A stretch of DNA of 63,086 bases from Carcharhinus longimanus (lineage: Eukaryota), in contig JASCQW010000072.1 of the NCBI GenBank assembly GCA_030264375.1, forward strand, positions 47,543,394 to 47,606,479, read 5' to 3'. This document shows, piece by piece, positions 26,512 to 39,620 of this stretch. A program made the translations under genes and the position numbers. The notes below the pieces were generated by a model. The model saw only the letters and a list, made by a program, of their open reading frames with translations. It did no database searches and was not told the origin of the DNA. The first letter of the stretch is position 1, and each line of letters starts with the position of its first letter.

Positions 26512-27459
26512 ACCAATAATATTTTGTTGCTTTAAAAAAAATGGATCTGTCAGCCTAAGAGTTCTTAGATTTTCTAAGTTGGTCTGTCAGTGTCACTCCT
26601 CATTGCTGTTTTCCAACGTTCAGGCAACTTTGTAGCTCCGATTTGCTTTTGAAGAGCCCACCAAGAAACCAAAAATCTGCCTGAAGGTGAGAAGCAGCAA
26701 ATGTGGCTACTCTACTTAAAGTGGGAATTCAAATCCCACTTTTAATTTTATGGGCAATTGGGTGTTCTAAGTGCAGGGTGAGGAGGGAAGAGGAGCGTTT
26801 AGAGGGGTCCGATGGAGGGTGGGGGGAGGTTAGAGGGGGTCATTTGAGGGTGATGGAGGAACAGTGCAGGGGTTGGGTGAAGGCTGGAGGGAAGAGAAGA
26901 GTAGAGTGGTCCTTTGGTGGGGGCAAGTATTGAAGTGTTGAGGAGAATGTTGGAGGGGAGGTTCAGGATAAAGTTGGAGGAGATTAGCTACAAATTTCAA
27001 TGTAGTGATTTCTCAGCTGCTTTTCTAAGATAAGTTGATTGCTCTGAGATTAATTACCATGGGAGAATCAGCATTGGGCCACCAATTTCAGTAGTGACAG
27101 TCATTCTGCCTATTGTGTACAGGTATAACAGAAACAAGCCAAAAACCTACATTTATACAGCATCTTCAACAGATCACTTTATTACTCCTGTTCCTAATAC
27201 GTCAGTGCAGGATGGGTGAAATAAACTGGGTGAGAAGGCCTTTGCCATCCACAATTTGGAAACAGAGGCAGAGTGTGGAAACATGATTGGAGTTCTGTGT
27301 ATTTTTTTGCAAAGGAAAGTTTATTGAAGAGCAGACTTTGTGGGCTGAAACTGCCAGGACAGGAGTGCATAATGATTCAATTAATCACACCACACATGAT
27401 CCTCAAGAGTCTTTTTTTCATAGACTCCAATTTTGTCTTTTCCTAGGTCTGAGATTTGT

Positions 27460-28400
27460 TGGTTAGACTAACATTCACTGCCCATCCCTAATTGCCTTTG
27501 AGAAGATGATGGTGAGCTGTAGACTGTTTGATGAAGATACACCAACAGTGTTGTTAGGGAGGAAGTTCCAGGATTTTGACCCAGTGGCAGTGAAGAAAGG
27601 GTGATGTATTTCCAAATATGGTGAGTGGTTTGGAGAGGAACCTCCAGATGGTAGTGTTCCCATGTGCCTGCTGCCCTTGTCCTTCAAGATATTAGTGGTC
27701 GAGGGTTTGGAAGCTGCTAAGGAGCCTTAATGAGTTCCTACAATGCACCTTGTAGATGGTGCACACAGCTTCTACTGTGTATCACTGAAGAAGGGAGGAA
27801 AGTTTGAGGGTGAAGTGCCAATCAAACAGGCTGCTTTGTCCTGAATGGTGTTGAACTTCGAGTATTGTTGGAGTCATTCAGGCAAGTGGAGAATACGCTA
27901 TAACACTCCTGACTTGTGTCTTGTAGGCATTGAACAGTCTTTGGGGAGGCAGGAGGTGAGATATTCACTCTAGGATTGTTAGCTTCTAATCTGTTTCTGT
28001 CCCCACAGTGTCTATATGGCGAGACCAGTTGAGTTTCTGGTCAATGGTAACTGTCATGATGTTGATAATGGGAATTCAGCAATGGCAATGCCATTGAATG
28101 TCAATGTTAGATTTTGGTGGAGATGGTCATTGCCTGGCACTTACATGGCACAAGTGTTCCTCACTACTTGTCAGCCCAAACCTGGATTTGTGCAGGTCTT
28201 GTCGCATTTAGACATGGACCGTTTCAGTGCCCAAGAAGTCACAAATGGTGCTGAAAAGAACATCCCCACTTTTTGATCTTATAATGGAAGGAATGTCATT
28301 GATGAAGCAGCTGAAGAGGAACTCCTGCAGTGATATCCTGGAACTAAGATGAGTGGCCTCCAACAACCACAACCATCTTCCTTTGTGCTAGATATGACTC
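27460..28400 (-). mobile_element. Shark CR1-group LINE 3' ~0.9 kb
   Basis: Reverse complement of the 59540-60290 family, including the tail tgcccatccctaattgcc. Confidence 0.8.
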
Positions 28401-28749
28401 CAAATGAACCGCAGTTACAAGTGACATGCAAATTCAAAAGGAAGAAATCCTTTGGATCCTGCTTTATTAATAGGCTTGTAACGTAATTACCAGAGTTTAT
28501 ATCAATGTTTATAACTGGGAGCCTATGAATTTAATAGTGAAGATAGCATTGCACTTCTAAAATCAGAATCATATCTAGATAAAGACTTTATTGTTTCCAT
28601 GATCTTTTCTTTAGTTTTCGGCCTCATTCTTCTCCCATATTTTCCTGTCTTTTAGTCATGCACTATTCTTTGACAGAATTGTATGCAACATTTGCCCCAA
28701 CTACTGCTAATGCTACTTGGTACTGACTGGCTTGCCCTGTTGCTTTCTG

Positions 28750-29350
28750 TAATACACTCAATAGTTCTGGCGGCATCTGCAGAAGGATAAGCAGGAAGTA
28801 CTGTTCCAAGCCCAATCTGATTCTTGTTTCAGAAATGAAGACAGGCAAGAAATGTGATGCGTTAAATGGGCGAGTGAGATTAAATAGCAAAGTTGTCATA
28901 CAACACAAGGCAAAGGGAGTGATAATGGCTGTAGTAAAAAAAACAAAGCACTGGCCCAGCAAAATAATAAAACATAGACTGGCACTAGGCAAAAAAAAAA
29001 ATCAATAGAGAGGACAGAATTCATGGCCCGAAGTTGTTGAACTCAGTGTTGAGTCTAGAAGTTTATAAAGTGCCTAACTGGAAAGGAACTGCTGTTCTCC
29101 AGCTTGTTTTAGGCTTCACTGGAATACTATAACGAATTGGAAACAGAAATGTGACCATGAGAACAATATGATGTCCTTTTAGTGTAACTGACCCTCTATC
29201 AACAGCATAAAATCATTACATTTCAATCTCTGTTCAGTTCCCAAGAACAGTCATATTGGACCTGAAACATCAACTGTTTCCCTCTCCAAAGACCCACCGG
29301 ATTTTCCAGATCTTTGTTTTTATTTTGGATCTCCTACATGTGCAGTACTT
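28750..29350. mobile_element. Penelope-like fragments: GIY-YIG C-terminus on minus (29020-29160) and terminal repeat with degenerate hammerhead on plus (29230-29350)
   Basis: Reverse complement of the KLENSSS...LNTEFNNF segment homologous to 12800-12890; cagtt-cccaaga-acagtcatattggacct-gaaa-ca-tc-aactg. Confidence 0.6.
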
Positions 29351-31785
29351 TTTTTTTAATATTACTGTAATTTTTGTGGCTTTGTCACAAAAAGCAACAA
29401 CCATACCAATGTCACCCAAGGGACAAAACAGCAGAGATGATCAAATTGCTGCACAGTGTCAAAAGCACAAGCCGTCATAGTCTATGCTTATGGATCATGT
29501 TTTTCTTTTCACTCTTCAAAGACAAAATTAATTGTAATGCAGAAGTTCTGAAATTTATTTGGATTACATATAATTTACAGCACAGAAAAAAGCCATTCAG
29601 CAATGGATCTGCCAATGCTCATATTCCATGCAAGCTATTCCTTGGTTCCCGAATACCGACATCAAACACTGTCATTTGAGGTTTATCAGATCAGTTGACA
29701 ATCTAAAACACAATTAAATTCAATGGGAACAGCTTCAGATTTACCAGATTTCGTTTGCGCAGTGCAGCATTTGTCCTATCCATTGCCACACGACAAATTT
29801 ATTTTGGAAGTTCCAAGTGTGACCTGGAAAATAAAAAGTCCAGATGTGTTTTGCCATGTAGTAAAACTTAATTACTTTTCAACTCTTAAAGATATGCTAT
29901 TTCTGCTCAAAATTTAATAGCGCGAGTGCAAAAACAAATTCCTTCTCACTCTACGAAAAAAACATTACATTTTGGGAAATGTCAAAAATGCTTTAAAGAC
30001 AAAAATTCATTTTGAGGAGTAAAGACATTCTGAAAGCATTTTGGCTTTCAGAAATTATCCCTTAAAGGGTTACTTCAAGGATTCTGGTTGCTGCTGTTCC
30101 AGGAAAAGACAGCAGGTTACAGGAAAGAGTAATTAAGCAGTTTTAAAAAAGCTGGAAACGCCTTGACCCTGGTGAACTGTTTGTAAAAGGGTCATATGTT
30201 TATTATGACTTGGAAAGAAAATCATGCCTGGAAAAATGCATTTAAAAGCTGTTACAGCTGGTTGTGCTTTGGGGATCAAGGAGTGACAATTGTTTGGGTA
30301 AAGGCAACAATAGATCCTGAAGTTCAAGACCCAACTGAAAGGAGGAAAAAAAGTGAATAGAAGTTGCTCCATTTTCTGAAGTCAACGATTGTAAGTTTTC
30401 TGCGAAGTCTGCTTGAAAAATAGTGCATGAGTCATCAATTGTTTTACAGGTTAGGGCCGACAGACCAACTGCATAATTCGGATATCATTCCAAGGAATCC
30501 ATCATCCATCCTTTTCCCCTTGAGCTATTAACTTTTAACGTTTTGGCAGAACTGAATTTTTTGTGTGTGTGCATAATAAAGAGTTAGGGTACTTAAGAGT
30601 AATTAACATACTTTCATACTGTACGTTCATTAGGTTTGTCTTTTACTTGACAGGTCTGATTTAATAATAAACTAATAATTTTGTTGTTTATTGAGTGGCT
30701 ATTCTGCCCAAAGGTTAAAAGTCAACATATAAACTTTTTTAATACGTGCATGGTGTCAGCTAGAACCCAGCTCTTTTCTCTGGGAGCTCTTCTGCTTTCT
30801 CACACCACCCACTAGCTTAAGCTGTCAATTACTGTTTTATATATTAGAGAATTGATTAACATAATCAAACAAAGATCAAACTATTGACACTACAATAACG
30901 AAATAAGAATAGTTTACCAAAGCAGATGGATTAGTTGCTGTTGAGAATTTACTTTTCACTGCCAATTCAACAGTATTTCCTGTTCACCTGTGAATGGAAG
31001 AGGAAAAAAAAGTACTGAAATGTACTCAACTTCTGATACCTTCAACTGTTAAATTTTATTTTACATACTTCCGTACAGGGCTTGAAAAATGCCCCTCTAC
31101 TGGGCTAAAAGCGGTAGGATCATATTCTACGTAGACCAGATTTCTTTCAAGCAGGGAATTATCCCCAAAGATGGTGCTCAAATATTATAGACATAAAAGT
31201 GGAATTTAACAACCTTAAAGCTGAACGGAGTAGAGGCAGGGAGAAACCCTACATGCGTGCACCAGCCAACATGAAGGTAGGAATTTTATTTGATAGGAAC
31301 GCGAATATTAGTCCTTATGTGGTTAATATATTTTTGAGCAAATTTTGGTGTTTTTTGTTTAAAGGATAGTCCTCTATGTAGCCTGTCTTATTTGAGTGTA
31401 AGCTTTATTTCTTTATGTACCCAAATGATATTCTGGAGGAGGAAGAGAAAGATCGATTTTGAAGGAGGATTTTATGTACATTGAAGTGCATTAACAGCGG
31501 CAAATAAGCTCCAATTCTGAGCTCTTGCTTCAACGATGCGTGGAGGAAATTTAAAATCTTACATCTGATGAAATAGACAGCAGTGGTTTTATTTTTCAGG
31601 TATGATTACAAGACATGAAAAAAACAAAATAATTTTGGAATAACCACATGACCCAAGCCGAAAGGTCACGCAGCACAGTCAACCTTTGATAGTTGGGCCA
31701 GGTTCAATATTCAATAACAGCCTCAAATATTTTACGTATAATAGCATAACTGCAGACGTTAAAAGGAAAACAAAAAAAAGACAAT

Positions 31786-31873
31786 GGCCAGAATTCTCCA
31801 CTCAGTCAAATCTCCATCCACCGCAGCGGAAACAGAGAATCTCAGCCACAGGCAAGGTCAGAGAATTCTGGCC
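31786..31873. mobile_element. 88-bp MITE, PIF/Harbinger-like
   Basis: Perfect 13-bp TIRs GGCCAGAATTCTC / GAGAATTCTGGCC, flanked by 3-bp AAT direct repeats (31783-85 and 31874-76). Confidence 0.75.
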
Positions 31874-34159
31874 AATATGCTTCAACAGCCTGAAACACTA
31901 ACTCTTGGGCCTGTCTATGGAGATGCTTCCAAGCATTCTGCACCAATGTGATTGGCACTCCAGCAGACTGGCCTCAAGATAGAAAATAATTCTCCCCCTG
32001 CGCTCCCACCCCAAAAAACAACCAATTGAAGTGACTATTATAAAATAAAGGAGTGCTTGGGATCGAAACCAGATTCTCCACAGCAGAGCAACTCCAAGGG
32101 GAGGAAACTGAATGCAAGACTGAAAACATCCACTTGAGGGAGCCATTTACTGCAAAAGGTTTACTTTTAAAAAGACTGAACATTATCTACTAGTCCTTCG
32201 CACTATGGACTTCATCCCTTTCAATGAATAGCTTTCTGTCAATAGCGCAGAACCTGGCCAGAGCAAGCTACACAAACAAAAACCAAGCTGAGAGCAAAGC
32301 CTAAAACAATTAAAGTTTATGTACTAACATCTGGGAGCTTTTCATTGGCCTTAGCAGCTGGAGTACAAAAAAGGACAACAGAAGGTGAAATGACACCAGA
32401 GTGGACAATAATTACACATCCACAGCTGGAATGTACACTCTTCAATCATTTCTCCAAAAGCCCACAGATTGTCACATATACATTTAGATTCAAACAACTT
32501 GTACCCCAAACATTAACCTATGCTTTTATTTCACAGGCAACTTCAGGACAATCAAATATTGAAGCCAAGTCCAATGGAAATGAAAAATTTGCAATTCTTT
32601 TCCCATGCTCAACATAAACTTCAACGTGAGCTTTCACAGCAGAAATTCCTGTTCCATATCATCATAGTGAAAGGATCACTGGCAAGACATGAATTTAGTG
32701 GCTGCCAGCTGTTTTGACACTGCCTAAAATAAAACATTACGCATGTGATGTCTAACATGCATTTGGTAAAGAGAAAAATGCATGATTCAATAAAACTCAC
32801 CAGAAATCCCAATTCACCAGTTAAAAAAAAGGCAGCAGAGGGTCACCTGCATTTTTCAACAGAGAAATCAACAGGCTTAACTTTGTCTGCATTTACTAGC
32901 TTACAAAATCCTAATTTAGAATTAGTACCAGTATTCACGAAATCACGTTTTATTTATTTGTCAAAACTTCATGGCTTTTATCCAGGCTGGAGATGCCTTG
33001 CACAATGAATGCTTCTCAAAAATGAACAGAGGAGAAAAAGACAATTTAAAATACAGGGTGATGTCCTGTATCGTGATAGAAAACTCATGTCAGAAATTCT
33101 AACTCGCATGAATGCTATAGCCTGAAGGTTTCCAGTACCCGACTCAATCCAGAGGACACAAGTTTAGAACTGATTACAGCAAGTAATGTGTGGCTGGGCA
33201 CCAGAAGGACCATTAAAGTCATAAAACTTGTAAAAATACAACAGATTCAATGACGTCATTTCAAGGAAGGGAGCCTGCTAGCCTTACCAGCCCTGGACTA
33301 TATATGTCCATGCAGTATGTCCCTAGAACAACCATTAAGAATACACAATTTAAGAAAACATTAGATGCTTCGCTATTACATGCAGATCAACAGAATAGAG
33401 GACAGAAAGCTGAAGGTGAGCAGCATTGGAGAGTTCAGGAGAGACAGCAAAATCGAACTGGCCCAGGGGAGGTGCGAGCACACCCCAATGAGCAGTAGAG
33501 GCAGGCATGTGATGACTCACATATTAGATGCCCTCTTTCCACTACCAAACAGAAGGTTAAATTTTTAATTCATGTGCATATCTAGTAACTCTCCCTCTCC
33601 TCAGCATATCCCAAAATTAAAATTGGTAACTTTGCTCTCTCGAGAATACCTGTCCATAGAAATTAAGATTTTTATCATGTCAATCCATTTTCTAAAGTGA
33701 GGTTAGAGTGCAAAACTCCAAATTTATGGCAAAATCAGGAGTGGGAAAAATACTGAAATTCACCTGATAGAACAGGGTTTCAGCCCATCAGCCACAAAAC
33801 AGGCGTGCATTTTACTTTTATATGTTAATAAAAGACTTTTGCNNNNNNNNNNNNNNNNNNNNNNNNNNNNNNNNNNNNNNNNNNNNNNNNNNNNNNNNNN
33901 NNNNNNNNNNNNNNNNNNNNNNNNNNNNNNNNNNNNNNNNNNAAGCCAAAGTTTCCACATGTATTTATACAGCTTCTACGTTTTTAAATTGCAAGATCAG
34001 TACGTTGTACTCATGGCCTGGGGACATATATTCCAAATAACTCACTTTGTTTAATACTTTCTGGGAGTATTCAACAAAGTTCCTTTTGGTAGAGGCAGCC
34101 AGGATGAGAATGTCATTCTGGCCTTTTCATTTATTTTGTTTTGACTATCGTCAGCTGCG

Positions 34160-34590
34160 CACAGCCATGGTTCATTTGGTAGCACTCACACTTCTGAGCC
34201 ACAAGGTTTCTGGATTCAAGACCCACTCCAGGATTTCTGCATAAAAATAAGGGTTGACAATCCAATGCCATATTGAGGGAGTGCTGTGCTATCAGAAGTG
34301 CCATCTCTCAACTTGCTCGATCACGTCCCATTTGTCCACTCAGGTGAATGCAAAAGATCACATGGCACAATTTCAAAGACAAGCAAGGAAGGTATAGCCA
34401 ATTTTGATGCCTCAATCAATATCACAAAAAAAAACAATTATGTTGTCATTATCGCATTGCTGTTTGTGGGAATTTGTTGTGTATAAATTGGCTGCTACAT
34501 GCTATGCACTACACCAGTGATGACAATTCAAAAGTGCTTCATTGGCTGTAAAGCACCTTTGAGACATCCGGTAGTCCTGGAAGCTGTTTT
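34160..34590 (+). mobile_element. Deu-domain SINE
   Basis: tRNA-like head (ggttcatttggtagcact...ggattcaagaccc), core gagggagtgctgtgct, tail cttcattggctgtaaagcac. Confidence 0.65.
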
Positions 34591-34914
34591 TTTTTAAATA
34601 AAGGCACCTTAAGAGAAATACAGAGCTTCTCCTGCCAGGCTCTCATCTGAAACATCATCACCTATCCCCTCATCCTCACTATCACTTCCTTCCACCATCC
34701 CCTTCCATGGAAACATTGGGGAGATGTGGAACAGAAAACAGCAGGCTGCTCTTGTATACCACTTACTGATCAGTTCCCAAAAGTTATCAGACAAGAGCCA
34801 GAGACTAGGTTGCCACCAACACTATGAGAAGAAAGGAAGTAATTTGAAATATATTTACCCCAAAGAGACTGTTCGGGCAAATAAACATTAAAGCAACTTA
34901 CATTAAACAAGGAA

Positions 34915-35360
34915 TTAGCATTTAAATCGCATCTTTCACAGCCTCAGGAGAACCCAATGGTGCTTTATAGTCAAAAAAGGTAATTTTGAAGTGTAGTCAC
35001 TGTTATATGAACATCCAAATTAGAAGCAGCAGTAGGCCATTATTATGCTGATCTAATTCTAACCACAAGTCAACCTTCCCATATACCCACAACCTCACTA
35101 CATTGTGGTGAAAGGATTACGTGGTAGCAAGCTTCCACAGATAGCTATTTAATATTGACCGGATAACCTGCGTTTTGAAGTGATACTAATAGTATGATAA
35201 ATGCTTCTCAGGAGGTGGGAAGAAGTCCCTTTTAATATTGTCCAGGGAACTTGTATTTCCAGATTTGCATTATCCAGAACTGCTTTTAAAACCTCTGTGT
35301 ACAGCATCCCCTCAAGCAGCACTGAAGCAGCAGCCTAGATTATTTGCTCACGCCTCTGAT
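34915..35360 (-). mobile_element. Deu-domain SINE remnant
   Basis: Reverse-complement tail ttttgaagtgtagtcactgtt and core cagcatcccctcaagcagcactgaag. Confidence 0.5.
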
Positions 35361-36039
35361 TTGNNNNNNNNNNNNNNNNNNNNNNNNNNNNNNNNNNNNN
35401 NNNNNNNNNNNNNNNNNNNNNNNNNNNNNNNNNNNATGGTTATCTGGGGATGCCCTTTATATTGCATGTGCAAGGAAGATACCAAGTTAATCCCAAAATT
35501 AAAAGAGCATAATGAATGAAAATACATCAAAAACATGAAGTTACCTGCAAGAATAGGCTATTTTTTTCCTACATATTTAGGATATGACTAGAATACCACA
35601 ACTTTCAATATCTGCTGCAAAATTAACTAGAAAGTTGGTTATCATTTCATTTTGAGCAAGACACTAACCCGAAAATTTGCTTCACAGCAGGTCATTATTT
35701 AGCTCAGATCATCTTGACCCAAGATCAGTTCAATCCAGCAGCATTTAAATTCATCTTTGACAACGTACAGTTTATAAGCCAGATCAAAGTTGCTCTGCCA
35801 AGTATGTCAGATAAGAGAAGGAAAATAAAGTGAAACTGCAAGTTCCCTTTTCTAAAGGATAAGCAAGCAAGGAATGTAAAAAGACAATTCGGCCCATCAT
35901 ACCCAGTTCTTTCTAACCATTGTAAAACTTGCTAGATCATGGGCTCAAGTTAGGATGTTGGATCCCTGAGTGATACTTTCTGCAATTTCTCACTTCTTTC
36001 ATTCCACAAGAGAACAAAATTCTCCCATCATTGGAGATG

Positions 36040-36610
36040 AGCACTGTTGACAAAACTAGTATTTGTTGTTCCCACTCTAATTGCCCTCACAAAGGTTGTG
36101 GTGAGCGGTCTTCTTGAACCGATGCAGTCCATGCTTTGTGCTTTTCAAGGGGAATTCCAGGTTTTTGATCCAATGGCAATGAAGAAACAGCAATACATTT
36201 CCAAGTCAGAATGGAGTGTGACTTGGAGGGGAACTTGGGGTTGGTGACATGCCAATGCTACCCTTGTCCTTCCATGCAGTTGCTATCATGGATTTGGAAG
36301 GTGCTGAAAGACGATTTGGATGTTACTGCAGCGCATCTTGTCAGTATACACTGCAGTCACTTTTTGTTAGCAGTGGAGAGAGTAATTTAAAGTGTTGATC
36401 GGGTGCAGGCTGCTTTGTCCTGGATGGTGTCAAACTTCTTCAGAGAAGAAGTTGGAGCTCCATTTACTGAAGCAAATGGAGAGTATTCCATCTCACTCCT
36501 GACGTGTGTCTTGTTGATAATGATTAGCCTTTGGGGAGTCAGGAAGCAAGTTACTCATTGCAGAATTCCCAACTTCTTTCATAGCTGGTCCATTTAAGTT
36601 TCTGGGCAAT
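36040..36610 (-). mobile_element. Shark CR1-group LINE 3' fragment
   Basis: Homologous to 27460-28400. Confidence 0.75.
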
Positions 36611-36659
36611 CAATTACTTTCGCACTATAATCACTATATTAATGCAAGAAACTACAAGA

Positions 36660-39620
36660 TTCTATTTTTTGGCCCATTTAACCTTCTCCAACAGTTTCCT
36701 ACATGATGTCTCATCAACCTCTTTCTGGAAATCCATATAAACCACATTTGCTGCAAATTCCCTGTCCAATAAATCTGTCACCTCTTCAAAGATCTGTATG
36801 AAGTTTCCTTGGCATAAACTTCCTCTCTGACATCCAAGTTGGTCATTTTTAATTTTTCTCTTCCTGTAGATATTTAGCAATCTCACCTTCAGTGTTCCAA
36901 ATTTTCACCTACTACTGATGTTAAACTAAATGACCTGTGATTAGCGAAGTTCTCTCTTTCTGAAATTAATAATGCTCTAGATGGTATCCTATCCTGTGGC
37001 AAACATCTATTCTCCACAGAATCCAGAAATCTAATTAATAAGGCCTTTACTATAATTTCCCCCTTTTCCCTCCAGATTCCTTAGATGTAGTCAATCAGGT
37101 TAATCATAGAACCCTACAGTGCAGAAAGAGGCCATTCGGCCCATTGAGGTTCTGACTCTTTATCATCCTTTTTGTTTAGTTCCATTAAAATCTCAATGAG
37201 TCTAATCCCAGGGATCCAACTTGTGTTAAGCTAAGGTTCATAGTAGCTGAGGAGGCCCCAGTCCCATATGAATGTGTCTATATTTAACTTGATATACGTA
37301 CACATGATCTATGTCAAAAAGTAGACTCAAATGCCTACTGAAAACACAGTAAAGGAGTAAATGTGTGAAAAAGTCTGCATTTAATTTGTTCTGGTGCACA
37401 CAATTCTGTGATTCTGTTTACACCATATAATGACTGCGGAGAGTGTCTCATTGGGAGGTTGGCTGGCCTCACCCTGCTCCTGCTCTTTCTTGATGTCTTT
37501 TGCAGTTGTAATCTATTTGTACTCAGTGTGTTGAAAGCAAATAGCAATTCTGGTTTCTGTCACAATCTTCCATGCCTTTTTCATTAAGGCCTCTTGTGCA
37601 GTTGGAACAAACTCCTGCTTCTGATTGATGACCTTGAAAACCTGAGAGATCAGCTGCTGTTGATAGTGGATTTTCAGGTCCCTAATCACCCTGACAATCC
37701 ACTGGCTGGAGCTTAGCCATGGTGTTGGATGGCTGGAATAGTAGTTCCACACACTTCAGGCCAGCGATATCTGGGTGCGTAGGGCAGTTGTCTCTACTGA
37801 TGACAATCTTTCTTTTCTTTCACTGATACCTTTGGACCACTTACCTGACCCATGCCTTAAACTTTCTGGAGGTCGTCCAGGTGATTTTGTTAGTCTTACA
37901 GTGTATGGGTAGTGCCCCAACATTTGCAAAGCATCATGGTTTCTTGAACTTTCTAGCACAAACAACAGCAGCTTTTCAGTGCCCTCCATGTTGGCGCCAC
38001 ATGCAGTATACACCACAGCAGTGACACATTCCTTGCTCCACTTTCCATCATTAAACATTCCACCTGTAAACAACACAGCGGTCTTGCAAAAGATGGCAGA
38101 ACAGTTTCATCCATATTAAAAATGTTTCTTGATGGATGCACCTTCAAGAAGGTGAACAAGATGAGTTTACAGCCAATCATCTGTCAATGCTGCCACAACC
38201 ACTGTACCCTCACCACTTGCTGCTTGGAAGACTATGTCACGCCTTGTCTTGAATCAGTCCTGCCATCTGCTGATGCAGGTGAACTCCACGTAGTCCAAAA
38301 CTGCTTTGCCAAGGAAACTCCCTTTCCCAGCAGGATTAGACTGGAGATGGGAACGTTCTCTGCTTACTGCCTTGAACCACATTACCAGAGCTTCTTCAAC
38401 ATCAGGGTATGCAGTAGTTCTCACCTACTTCCTTGCTAGAGAGAATGCCTGTTGTCAAACAGTTCAAAGATGTTCACCTTGTGTTTCATTTTGGTGGCCA
38501 AACTAGATGGCAGAACCTCTCACCCTTCTATGATGTCCACTTTCTCCTTTATGCCACTGTTTTCTACTTGCTGTCTCAACTTCATTTTTCTCTGATCAAC
38601 AACACTTAACTTTCTTGTAAGTTTAGCCACACTTGCAGGTTTTGCACTCTCTTTTACAGGGAGATGATGCTTTCTCCAGCACTTTGATTTTGAACATGTG
38701 TGGTCTCACTCCACTCTGACTGATCGGTGCAGTCTTACGACCAGCTAATCCAGAGTTACCAGTGCAGAGTTTCAGTTTATCAAGGGCATCGTTCTAATGG
38801 ATTTGTTATTTTGCCGGAGGGAATGGTTGTCAGTTTCGACAGAAGCCGAATTTTGTATCATCCAGATTTGACTTGGCAATTTCACTGTAATTTCTATAAG
38901 GTTTTATTATTTATTATCTCTCATCTCACTTTGAACTAATTCAGGATTTACCTCCTCCCAGCAAACATTTGTCTTTTAAACACTGAATCAAAATATTTAA
39001 AAATAGCCCTGCCTATTCATTTCCATATATTTTTTATTCTCTCACTATCCATCTCGCTCGCCTTCTTGTTTCCATTCCAATCTACTGTCAATGTTTTTGT
39101 ACCAATCTTTCCTACATTTCATTCCAGTCTTGAAACTCATTATGGTCACTGCACCCAAAATGCTCACCCACATTTAATGTATCTACTCAGTATATTTGGT
39201 TATTTATAACTAAATTTGGCAATACCCTCTTTGGCATGCAAACCTACTGCTTGACACAATTTAAGAATTCTATTCCACTTAACCCCTCCCAGTCCAAGTT
39301 AACACATGGATAATTAAAATCTCCTAGAACAGTTACTGTTATTCCTATTCATCCCCTAATCTGTTTAAAGACATTCTCTTCCATTTCCTTTCTACTATCA
39401 GGGGATCTGCAGTACAACTCCAGTAACGTAACAATTGCTTTTTTAAAAAATTTCTGATCTCTAACCATATTTACACTGTCTGATCTTCTATTCATGAGCC
39501 CTCCAGTGCCAGTCTGCCTCTTACCTTGGCTATTTTGTCCTTTCTAAAATTAAAACGCTGTGTTTATTTTCCACTCCTGCCCAATTTGGAGTCAGATTTC
39601 TGTTACTGATATTAAACCTT
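36660..39620 (-). mobile_element. Old CR1 LINE pieces (36660-37100 RT; 38960-39620 endonuclease region) split by a Tigger element
   Basis: FEEVTDLLDREFAANVVYMDFQK RT motif; minus-strand VLGDFNYP endonuclease motif near 39310-39330. Confidence 0.7.
37346..38888 (-). pseudogene. Tigger/pogo (CENP-B/TIGD-like) DNA transposon, transposase pseudogenised
   Basis: HTH region YPDVEEALVMWFKAV...VPISSLIL...W.D*FKTRRDIVFQAASGE. DDE-domain motifs IFNMDET, GKWSKECVT...ANMEGTEKL, FQPSNTMAKLQPVD. 5' terminus TA-CAGTGAAA at 38888. Stops and frameshifts throughout. Confidence 0.85.

Noticed and set aside
26805-26840. Four G-tracts, potential G-quadruplex
   Set aside because: Lies in G-rich low-complexity sequence that looks like a decayed repeat; no evidence of function.
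35535-35560. ttcttgcAG|GTAACT possible recursive splice site
   Set aside because: The pyrimidine tract is short, and such motifs are expected by chance in 40 kb.
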